Source: Macrostomum lignano
Taxonomy: Eukaryota
Direction: 5' to 3'
Length of the DNA: 64,000 nt
NCBI GenBank assembly: GCA_002269645.1
Contig: NIVC01001203.1
Coordinates: forward strand, 219,276-283,275
Part shown: in pieces, positions 10,326 to 20,800 of the stretch
How positions within the stretch are numbered: position 1 is the first letter of the stretch
How the letters are laid out: the number at the start of each line of letters is the position of its first letter
Program-made: the position numbers and the translations under genes
The notes under the pieces: generated by a model
Told to the model about the DNA's origin: nothing
Seen by the model: the letters and a program-made list of their open reading frames with translations, nothing else
Database searches by the model: none

Positions 10326-12165
10326 ATGGAAGTCTTCCATCCAGGTGTGTGGAAGTCTTCCTTCCAGGTGTGTGGAAGTCTTCCTTCCAGGTGTGTGGAA
10401 GTCTTCCTTCCAGGTGTGTGGAAGTCTTCCTTCCAGGTGTGTGGAAGTCTTCCTTCCAGGTGTGTGGAAGTCTTCCTTCCAGGTGTGTGGAAGTCTTCCA
10501 TCCAGGTGTGTGGAAGTCTTCCTTCCAGGTGTGTGGAAGTCTTCCTTCCAGGTGTGTGGAAGTCTTCCTTCCAGGTGTGTGGAAGTCTTCCTTCCAGGTG
10601 TGTGGAAGTCTTCCTTCCAGGTGTGTGGAAGTCTTCCTTCCAGGTGTGTGGAAGTCTTCCTTCCAGGTGTGTGGAAGTCTTCCTTCCAGGTGTGTGGAAG
10701 TCTTCCATCCAGGTGTGTGGAAGTCTTCCTTCCAGGTGTGTGGAAGTCTTCCTTCCAGGTGTGTGGAAGTCTTCCTTCCAGTTGTGTGGAAGTCTTCCTT
10801 CCAGGTGTGTGGAAGTCTTCCTTCCAGGTGTGTGGAAGTCTTCCTTCCAGGTGTGTGGAAGTCTTCCTTCCAGGTGTGTGGAAGTCTTCCTTCCAGGTGT
10901 GTGGAAGTCTTCCATCCAGGTGTGTGGAAGTCTTCCTTCCAGGTGTGTGGAAGTCTTCCTTCCAGGTGTGTGGAAGTCTTCCTTCCAGTTGTGTGGAAGT
11001 CTTCCTTCCAGGTGTGTGGAAGTCTTCCTTCCAGGTGTGTGGAAGTCTTCCTTCCAGGTGTGTGGAAGTCTTCCTTCCAGGTGTGTGGAAGTCTTCCTTC
11101 CAGGTGTGTGGAAGTCTTCCTTCCAGTTGTGTGGAAGTCTTCCTTCCAGGTGTGTGGAAGTCTTCCTTCCAGGTGTGTGGAAGTCTTCCTTCCAGTTGTG
11201 TGGAAGTCTTCCTTCCAGGTGTGTGGAAGTCTTCCTTCCAGGTGTGTGGAAGTCTTCCTTCCAGGTGTGTGGAAGTCTTCCTTCCAGGTGTGTGGAAGTC
11301 TTCCAGGTGTGTGGAAGTCTTCCTTCCAGGTGTGTGGAAGTCTTCCTTCCAGGTGTGTGGAAGTCTTCCTTCCAGGTGTGTGGAAGTCTTCCTTCCAGTT
11401 GTGTGGAAGTCTTCCTTCCAGGTGTGTGGAAGTCTTCCTTCCAGGTGTGTGGAAGTCTTCCTTCCAGGTGTGTGGAAGTCTTCCTTCCAGGTGTGTGGAA
11501 GTCTTCCTTCCAGGTGTGTGGAAGTCTTCCTTCCAGGTGTGTGGAAGTCTTCCTTCCAGGTGTGTGGAAGTCTTCCTTCCAGTTGTGTGGAAGTCTTCCT
11601 TCCAGGTGTGTGGAAGTCTTCCTTCCAGGTGTGTGGAAGTCTTCCTTCCAGGTGTGTGGAAGTCTTCCTTCCAGGTGTGTGGAAGTCTTCCTTCCAGGTG
11701 TGTGGAAGTCTTCCTTCCAGGTGTGTGGAAGTCTTCCTTCCAGGTGTGTGGAAGTCTTCCAGGTGTGTGGAAGTCTTCCTTCCAGGTGTGTGGAAGTCTT
11801 CCTTCCAGGTGTGTGGAAGTCTTCCTTCCAGTTGTGTGGAAGTCTTCCTTCCAGGTGTGTGGAAGTCTTCCTTCCAGGTGTGTGGAAGTCTTCCTTCCAG
11901 GTGTGTGGAAGTCTTCCTTCCAGGTGTGTGGAAGTCTTCCTTCCAGGTGTGTGGAAGTCTTCCTTCCAGGTGTGTGGAAGTCTTCCTTCCAGGTGTGTGG
12001 AAGTCTTCCTTCCAGGTGTGTGGAAGTCTTCCTTCCAGGTGTGTGGAAGTCTTCCTTCCAGGTGTGTGGAAGTCTTCCTTCCAGGTGTGTGGAAGTCTTC
12101 CTTCCAGGTGTGTGGAAGTCTTCCTTCCAGGTGTGTGGAAGTCTTCCCTTCCAGGTGTGTGGATG
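10326..12165. repeat. 23-bp minisatellite (GGAAGTCTTCCTTCCAGGTGTGT), about 80 copies, highly homogeneous
   Basis: Tandem copies with no spacers; occasional variants CAGTT, CCATCC and a shortened unit. Confidence 0.97.
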
Positions 12166-12196
12166 TGTCTATTTGGCTTCGCTCGCGGTCTTGTCT

Positions 12197-12197
<1 letters not shown>

Positions 12198-12248
<51 letters not shown>
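12198..12248. repeat. (CT)n microsatellite
   Basis: Visible dinucleotide run. Confidence 0.95.
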
Positions 12249-12250
<2 letters not shown>

Positions 12251-13379
12251 GCTTGCGTGACCGACAAAGGCAGAGGCTTCTAACTAAAGGTTAGAGCAGA
12301 AAGGTTAGAGCTCTACTGGGGGGGGGGGTTAGATGCATCTCTCTCTCTCTCTCTGTCTCTATCACACTCGCTCTGATCTATCAGTCAAGTAAGCTTCGCT
12401 ACTTTGCTTACTTATTCATATGCTCAAATCTTTTTTTGCTTCTTCTTTTCATCTGTCGGGTTCCGCCCGCCACTGGCATCGAGATCAGTATATGGGATTT
12501 CTATCCTCTCTCTTGGTGTCTACGTAACAGTATTGGTTGCGTTCCGAAGGCGTTGCTCCGGAGTGAATAATTACCATCACCAGAGCGTATATACCGCAAT
12601 GGGAGGTGTCTTGACTCTTGTAGCCAAATAAAATGATTTTTTGCAGAGCTGTCTACTCCAGATTCTAGTTCCAAATCTCCTTGGCCATGGGCGGCCTCTC
12701 TTTATTCCTTCTTTCAATCTTCCTTCCTTTTACTTCTTTTGATTGCATGCGCCGCGCGCTGGGAAGCTAAGGGGTGCCCGGTGGCCGCTGCCACCGCCGC
12801 TTCCATCCATCGCTTCCTCGCTTCGTCTCTCTCACCACCCGCCCAAAACCCCCAAGGGAGGGAGGGCCCTCCAGCCGCTAAGTAAGCACAGAGCCTCCCT
12901 GCCAGTGTGTTCGCGCCGCTAGCCTCTCTCTCTCCGCGCTCTCGAGAGAGCCCAAGCCAACCGTTTTGTGTGTTAGTCAGCCCCCAGCCAGGCCAGCTAA
13001 CCGCCAACTCTCAAGCCTCGGAAACTCCTTGGGGCGGCGATCGACCAACCACCCCGCCCCCAACCCCCTGGCCAACCGCCGCCCCCCCCCCGCTGCCCCA
13101 TCCTTTACCCTTCTTGTGCTGTGCGTGCGTGCGACGCAAGCGACAGGCCGACAGTTCGACAGCCCCGGCGACCCGACCGCCTCCCATCCCACCCCGCCCT
13201 CTCCTTCCCCCATCGGTCTTTCTATGTTATATAGTATTAGTATATTCTATATAGCAGTGGCTACGAGTATTAAGGAAGGCCTGAGACGCAGCTTCCCAAC
13301 CGCCGGACAAAGACGATCTTAAGACATTTGACGCGATTCCAAGAAATCTCCAGCGATTCTTAATACTTATCGTTCAGCC

Positions 13380-15374
13380 ATGAAATCCGACATGTATGTC
13401 GCTTCTTCAAAAAGCTCCGCTGCTGCGGCTGCTGCTGCGTCGACATCCGGGATGAGCAACAGCCACTGGCCTCTGCCTCTTCAGCAGCACCAGCTGCTAC
13501 AACAGCAACAGCAGCAGCAGCAGCACGCTCTGCTTTTAGAAGCTGCAGCTGCTTTGAGCCAGCAATACGCCTACGCTGCATTTTATCCACCAGCTTCCCA
13601 GCATCCTCTTTACCATCATCATCCTCAGCAACATGTGCAGCACAATCTCAGCCAAGTATTTCTGGCTCAGCAGCAACAGTTGATGCAGCAACATGAGCAG
13701 CTGTTACAGCAGTCTCATGTAATTCCATCGGCTGCAGCTGCTGCAGCCGAACTGCCGACGCCTCTGCAAACACCGGAGCCTTCGGCCATAGACAGCAATC
13801 CGGCCAGTCTCAAATCCAGCCTGCTGTCAATCATTGACCGTCTCAGAGAGCGCAAAGCTCGTCCAGACGCTGATCGGATCTGCTCGATGATGTCGCGGCA
13901 GCTTGGCCTGCCTCGGGAGACAATCGCGAGAGCTCTGGAACGCCTAGTAGAGGAGGGCGCGGTGCTGCGTGTTGAGTACAAGGGCTCGGTGTCATATCGC
14001 AATGCGGCAAAGTGGCGCAACAAACTATCATCATCAAGTGCCAGCACCTGCTCAACTGGGGAGCGAACGATTCAAAAGAAGCGAAAGCAGACTCAAGCGA
14101 CGGATTCTGCTCAAGCAGCAGCCGTCTCAAATTCCAGCTGTTCCAAAGCTGAAGTCAAAGATGAAGAGGTTGAGCCGTTTCAAGCTTTGGATCTGACTGT
14201 TTCGTCAGCTTCTGCTCTAGCGCGTGCGGTGGTCAAGACTGAGCACGCTGAGCAGCCTGGGGGCTATTTGAAGGACGAAGTTATCGAAAGTGAAGTCTTG
14301 AGAAAGTCTGTTGTCGAATCTCACAGAGATGAGCTTTCAATGGACTGTGCCATCGGCTGCACAGCTGAGCCTGCAGATGCGACCGAAGGCAGCGACTTGA
14401 TGTGAGTCAGCAATAGACTTTATTTTGATGCAGATTCTTAATAATTCACCTCTTTTACTACTGTATCCGCCCCTCTGCACCGCCAAATACGCCCCTCCTA
14501 TCAGAAGGTCCGCACCTCCCACCAGAAGATCCGCCCCTCTCATCAGAAGATCCGCCCCTCCCACTAGAGGATCCGCCCATCCCACTAAAGGATCCGCCCT
14601 TCCCTTCAGAGATCCGCCCCTCTAACCAGAAGATCCGCCCCTCCTACTAGAGGATCCGCCCCTCCCACTAGAGAATCCGCCTTTCCCTTCAGAGATCCGC
14701 CCCTCTAACCTGAAGATCCGCCCCTCCCACTGAAGATCTACCACTCCCACCAGAAGAACCACCTCTCCCAGCAGAAGATCCGCTCCTCCTACCACAAGAT
14801 CCGCTCCTCCTACCACAAGATCCGCCCCTCCTACCACAAGATCCGCCCCTCCTACCACAAGATCCGCCCCTCCACCCAGAAGATCCGCTCCTTCCACCAA
14901 TTGTTCAAAGAGCTCCGCAAACTCATCTTTAGCGAGCAAATCGAAGGACCTCAGCCAGCAAAAGCATACGACTGCAAAACTGTAGAAGAAGAAGAATCCG
15001 ATACAGCAGAAGCAATCGACTCAGCAAAAGCAGCAACAGGCAAATCAGTTGAAGAGCAATCCGAAACCGAAGATCTGGACAATGCCGACTACTACGACGA
15101 CGATCTGGACGACGATTCTTCCATCTACGACGTCGACGCATCCGCCTGGACAATCGAGGAAGTTGCCGACTGGCTCCGAGCTCGAGGATTCGCCGAGGCG
15201 GCGGCGGCTTTCCGGACTCAAGAAATCGACGGCGAAGCGCTGATGCTGCTGCGCAGGGGCGACGTGCTGGCCTGTCTCGGCCTGCGGCTCGGCCCGGCGG
15301 TGAAGCTGTTCCAGTGCGTCTGCCGGCTGCAGGCGGCCAGCCAACTGCGGATACGCTGGGCCTGCGGCAACTGA
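13380..15374 (+). CDS. SAMD1: SAMD1/atherin-like protein (polyQ/A, SAMD1/KAT6-type winged helix, acidic linker, C-terminal SAM). Exons 13380-14401 and 14933-15374, about 487 aa
   Basis: WH segment LLSIIDRLRERKARPDADRIC...LERLVEEGAVLRVEYKGSVSYRNAAK; SAM segment WTIEEVADWLRARGF...QEIDGEALMLL...LGLRLGPAVKL. A phase-2 GTGAGT...TTTAG intron joins the two frames. Confidence 0.8.
14465..14895 (+). repeat. ~21-bp minisatellite (GATCCGCCCCTCC...AGAA) in the SAMD1-like intron
   Basis: Tandem imperfect copies. Confidence 0.9.
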
Positions 15375-16225
15375 CTGGACAGGGACCCTTGACACTCCAA
15401 CTGGACTGGGCATGGACCCTTTTGAAACTGGATCTGGATTGGAAATTGACCCTTATGATACTCAATCTGGACTGCGCATATGGACCCATTTGAAACTCGA
15501 TCTGGACTGGGCATGGACCCTTATCGAAACTCCAACTGGACTGGAAATGGACCTTTTTTAAAAATCGATCTGGACTGGGCATGGACCTTTTTGAAACTCG
15601 ATCTGGTCTGGGAATGGACGTTGAAATTTCATCTTGACTGGGCAAGGATCCTTTCAAAACTCCAACTGGACTGGGAATAGACCTTCTGTAAACTCGATCT
15701 GGAATAGTCATGAACCCTTTTAAACTTGATCTAGACTGGCCATGGACCCTTTCAAAGCTCAATCTGGACTGGGCATGGACCCTTTTGAAACTCGATCTGG
15801 ACTGGGAATGGACCTTTTGTAAACTCGATCTGAAATAGTCATGAACCCTTATTATAAGTCTATCTGGACTGGGCAAGGACCCTTTTGAAACTCGATCTGG
15901 ACTGGGAATGGACGTTGAAATTTCATCTTGACTGGGCAAGGACCCTTTCGAAACTCCAACTGGACTGGGAATGGACTTTTTTGAAACTCGATCTGGAATA
16001 GTCATGGACCCTTTCAAGCTCAATCTGGACTGGGCAAGGACCCTTATTGAAACTCAAACTAACTGGACTGGGAATGGACCTTTTCTAAAACTCGATCTGA
16101 ACTGGGCATGAACCTTTCTGAAACTCAATTATACACTGTGCATGGACCATTTTGAAACTCGACCTGGACTGGGCATGGATCCTTATCGAAATTCCATCTG
16201 GTCTGGACATAAACCCTTGAAACTT
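15375..16225 (+). repeat. ~33-bp degenerate minisatellite (TGGACTGGGCATGGACCCTTTTGAAACTCGATC) starting at the SAMD1-like stop codon
   Basis: Tandem imperfect copies. Confidence 0.9.
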
Positions 16226-16624
16226 CATGTGAACTGATTATAGATTTTGTGCGCTGATAATAAGCTAATTAATGACTGTAAAGCCATTCTAGTCAGCCTC
16301 TAGATTAATTTTTAGCAATTTTCGGCTTATTGCATGTAAAAAATATGTTCTGCGTTTAAATTTCTTTTTCTTTCACCATGACTTTTGACTTTCAGAAATG
16401 TGTGAATGCATATTCTTCAATACTAAATTATGGTAGACTACATTGATTTATTAAATTTTTTTTCAAAATCATTTACTCTCACACGTAGCATGTAATAAAG
16501 TTCAATTATGTTGGTAATTTTTGCTTTTTAAATTTACATAAATGGCTTACTACAATATATTAAATTTAGATGATTGCAGTTAAAATTTATTTCTGATTTT
16601 TAATCTATTTCTTACATCCAAGAC

Positions 16625-16878
16625 GGGTTGCAGCCGGGTGGTTAGAGCGACGGCCACTCACGACTGTAAGGTCGGGGGTTCGATTCCCAATCCCACTCGG
16701 AACAATTTTTGTCCTTGAGCAAGACACTTAACTGTGCAAGTTGCTTCAGTTCACCCAGCTGTAAAATGGGTGCGAGCATTAGCTGGGGTGATTGAAGATG
16801 TGTGTGGCGACCCCCCTCCAAGTCCTTGGACTGAACAGCCGTACGCAGCCTTCAGATGCGCCGCGCAATAGCTGCGGC
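16625..16878 (+). mobile_element. CORE-type SINE, copy 3, 5' part (split by the Polinton)
   Basis: A-box TGGTTAGAGC, B-box GGTTCGATTCC and CORE-like body. It ends at ...CAATAGC-TGCGGC and resumes at 48313. Confidence 0.85.
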
Positions 16879-17062
16879 AGTAGAAGGCATGAGGGGGCTT
16901 CTGGGACAAAATTTTTCACGTCCTCCATAATCCCATTAAATCCATTCATATTATCCCTGACAGAATCAGAAAAAAAGGGGGGTCGCACTCGCTCACAAAA
17001 CGTCCTCCATAATCCCATTAAATCCATCCATATTATCCCCGACAGAATCATGAAAAAGTGGA
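16879..17062 (+). repeat. Polinton left terminal inverted repeat, outer part
   Basis: Reverse complement of the outermost ~185 bp of the right end (ending at 48312), with a few mismatches. Internal subrepeats ATTAAATCCATCCATATTATCCC(C/T)GACAGAATCA. Confidence 0.9.
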
Positions 17063-17385
17063 TGAGTGAATGAATGTCGCGGAATTCATTCATTCACTCA
17101 TTCATTCAGTGCATATGTACCTGTGTGTACGGTGGTGGTTGTTTAGCCTAATATCGATTTATTTGCCGCTTTCAAACCACCCCCTCTGTTTGTGCGCTTT
17201 GCCGCCTCCCCCCGTTTTCCTACCCTTCTTATCTCTCTCCTAGCCTACCTAGCCCCCCCACCCCCAAATTTTCACTCACCATTTTTAATACAAAATATAT
17301 TGACCGTGCAAGGCCTTTCGTGCCTATCGTTTGTTTTTCCGTTGCTCATCCTAAAGTTAAAAAAATCGACTCCAAAATAACAACA

Positions 17386-17398
17386 TGGCGCCCAATGT
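17386..17398 (+). promoter_or_regulatory. BEL primer-binding site, tRNA-Lys type
   Basis: TGGCGCCCAATGT directly after the 5' LTR, versus the tRNA-Lys(CUU) complement TGGCGCCCAACGT. Confidence 0.7.
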
Positions 17399-17886
17399 AA
17401 ATTACTGAAGAATTCAACCTGGCTCAAAATCTAGCATTAGAAGCTCAGTTCGACTAGCCAAACTCGACCTCAACTCCGGCCCAGCTCAACATTCTCTGCA
17501 GTTCGCTGTTCTAGCCGTCTGCACTCGACAGTGGCTCGCTCCTGGTTCAACCGGCTTCTGCCGTGGCGGTCACGGTCTCCGCTCGACCACACCTGATTTC
17601 ACATCATAGCACGGGCCAACTTCGTGACGTTCTGGAACCAGGGGCTCTCATCTAGATTCGAGCCGGTGCTGCTGGCTTCTGACTCTGCACGGCTTGCGGT
17701 AGATTGACTCTATGTGCTTGTTTTTTCGATGTTCTTTTTTCTATTCGCATACTACTCGTAGTTTGTCTCCTGCCCTCTTGTCCTCTCTTTTCCACCTTTG
17801 TCTCCGTTTGGTCGCTTAGACGTTCTTTAGTCGGGATTCTCGCTGCCGGTTTTCTCTGTGTTCTCGTTGTCGTTCGCATCTCAATC

Positions 17887-20800
17887 ATGGTTCTCTCAGA
17901 AGATGAATTGGCAGCTGCTGTCCGGAAACGGGCGGGCATTCGGTCTAGCGTTACTAAAGCGGTCGGCAAAGTGCAAGTGCTGTTGGACAGGGGTTTGCAG
18001 AGAGAAGTCGAAGTCGCTGAGGCGGCTGCGTATCTCGAGGTGTTCAATTCGAAGCTCAGTATATTGAGGCAACTGGACGATGCGATAGACGAGTCTCTTG
18101 CAGATGAGCAGTTAGAGTCGGAGCGCGATGATTGTGAGCGCTATGGGCTGCAGTGTCTCACTTGCATCAAAAGGTTAGAAGCTGCTCTTTCTCGTAATTT
18201 TAAATCTCAGGCGAGTTCGCCTCCCACTCAGTCGCAGCAACCTCAAGTCAAGCTCCCTAAGCTGCAGGTTCCCACGTTCGATGGGCAGGTTTCAACATGG
18301 CAATCATTTTGGGATCAATTCGATTCCTCGATCAATTCAAACACCTCACTTTCTGAAATTGACAAGTTTAATTATCTCGTGGCCTCTCTATCTGAGGCGG
18401 CAAAGTCATGCATTAGAGGCCTGGCTATCACTGCTGACAACTATTCCACTGCGGTGGATATTCTAAAAGAGCGCTTTGGCAAACCCGAGGTGGTTGTCAA
18501 GGAGTTAATGCATAAAATCTCGGAGCTTCGCCTGTCTGATGCATCCCTGCGCTCTCTGCAGCAATTTCACGATGACATTTCTGCTGCCATGCGTAGCCTG
18601 AACGCTCAGGGTGTCTCTGCCAATTCTTACGAGTCACTTTTGGTTCCATCGCTGATGAGCAAGTGCCCATCAGCCTTCCGGTTAGAGCTCCTGAGAGCCG
18701 CGCAAATGCAGGGATCGGACATTAATTCACTGGAGAGCCTCTTGCGATCGCTAAAGCAGGAAATTACGGTTCGCGAAAGTGCTGGGCAAGGGCAGTTCCT
18801 GAGTTCGAAAGAGTCGACGAAGTCCTCATCACCTGCTGGCTCTAGCAGTAGCAAAGCTTCTCCACGGCATTCGTCTGTCTCGACTCTGGTGACACTTCAG
18901 CCGAAGGCGTCCAAACAGGCCTCTTCGAAGATCTTCTGCACCTACTGCAAAGGCTCACACTCGTCTGAGTCCTGTACCAACCTCGTTTCCGCTGATCAGA
19001 GACGGGCCTTTCTTGCGTCTGAGAAGCGCTGCTTTAGGTGCTTGCGCCTGGGACATTTGGCACCTCAATGCAAAGATCCGAGACCATGTCGGGGCTGCTC
19101 AGGTAGACACCATGTCAGCATCTGCATTAAAAATTCACAGGCAGGCAGGGAGTCAGATAAGCCATCCACGTCCGCCAAGAAACCAGCTTCGCCGCCGAAT
19201 CAGTGCTTAGCATCTGTGACAGAGTCTTTTGCCTTCACAATGTTCATTTCTGACAATCCGGCAGTGGCTCTGCCCGTTGCCAAAGCCATTTTGCTCAGCA
19301 CAGATGGTCGCCGGGAAATGATGGTGCGTGTTCTGTTTGACACGGCCAGTAATCGCAGCTACATTCGTCAGGACATTTGTGACCTGCTGGGCATTCAGGC
19401 GAATTCACTGGAACGGCTTAACGTCTCGTCGTTTGCTGGAAACAGCACGGCTCTGCAGTCTGGTAGTGCTAACATCGCATTACGCAAAATGGATTCTTTC
19501 GAAGTGATCCAGATTCGTACAAATATCGTCGAGACAATATGTCAACCACAACATTCAGTCAAAGTGACAGGGTTCGAACACCTGCACTCTCTAGATTTAG
19601 CGGATCCATACGATCCTCGGGATCAGCACACGCCTATATCTATTCTAATAGGCTCAGACTTCTATTACCAAATCGTGGGTGACACGGTAGTGCGTGGAGA
19701 CTCTGGCCCAGTGGCCATCTCATCAAAGCTGGGGTTTCTATTATGCGGCCCCCTCGCTACTGGCATCAACAATACATGTAGTGCTAGTATAGGCAACTCG
19801 ATCGAGTCTAGTGTTCCCAATGAGGACACCTGCGCTTTAGCTCTATGCTGCTCAGTTTGCGAGAATATCTCACTGGACGCTTCACACACACGAGACATTT
19901 CGACTCTCTGGAAATTAGAGTCTATTGGGGTCCTAGATGATCCGGGCCCCAACTCGGAGTCCTCGTTTCATTGCAATCCTCAGCTTCGGGATGGACGCTA
20001 TTCCGTCCAGCTACCATGGTCTCTGCCAAAAGAGTCCATTATGCTCACTGACCACTCTGATTTGTCTTTTCGGCGACTGATATCGACCAGACGTCAACTG
20101 GAACGCGATCAGACTAAGCTGGCCCAGTGCGAAGCCATCATCGCAGAGCAAGAGGCTCTTGGCATCATTGAGAGAGTCCCTGTTAGTAACTCTAGTAGTA
20201 GCCTGATTCACTATCTTCCTCACAGCTGTATCTCCAAAGCAGAAAGTGAGCACACAAAACTTCGCATTGTGTTTGATGGGTCAGCTCGAACTCATTCAGC
20301 TGACTTTGCAATTAATGACCTACTTCAAGTTGGTCCGACGAATTTTCCGCAAATTCCACAAATTCTCATTAGGTTCCGAATGAAGCCGATAGCAGTCTTA
20401 GCTGACATCGAAAAGGCCTTTCTGCAGATTGGCATTGAGAAGAGTGATCGGGATTCGCTCCGTTTTCTCTGGACTCAGGGTCAGTCGGGTGCTCAGGAGG
20501 TTATTCATTATCGGTTCTGCCGTCTGCCCTTTGGGCTTACGTGCTCGCCTGGGGTGCTTCGGGCAACCATTTTGCACCATCTCGAACTGCACCAGAACGA
20601 TTTTCCGGGTGTTGTAGACACTCTGAAACAGGATCTGTATGTAGACAATCTAGTTACTAGTTGCGACTCTGTAAAGGACGCAATTTCGCTCTACGAACAA
20701 GCGAAGCAAGTTTTTAGCTTAGCAGGGATGAACTTGAGACAGTGGCAGTCAAACTCTGATGGCTTTACAGCCCACTTGCCGGTGGCAGACGTCAGCAAGG

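Noticed and set aside
10326-12165. CRISPR-like appearance of the 23-bp arrays (also 59420-61640)
   Set aside because: Units are head-to-tail with no unique spacers, there are no cas genes, and the context is eukaryotic.
10290-12294. Three ~650-aa ORFs (+) and a 204-aa ORF (-)
   Set aside because: Artefacts of a stop-free 23-bp tandem repeat that is open in all three frames.
17704-17886. TTG-initiated hydrophobic N-terminal extension of the BEL ORF
   Set aside because: T-rich leader sequence. The Gag-like sequence starts at ATG 17887, and non-ATG starts are not expected here.
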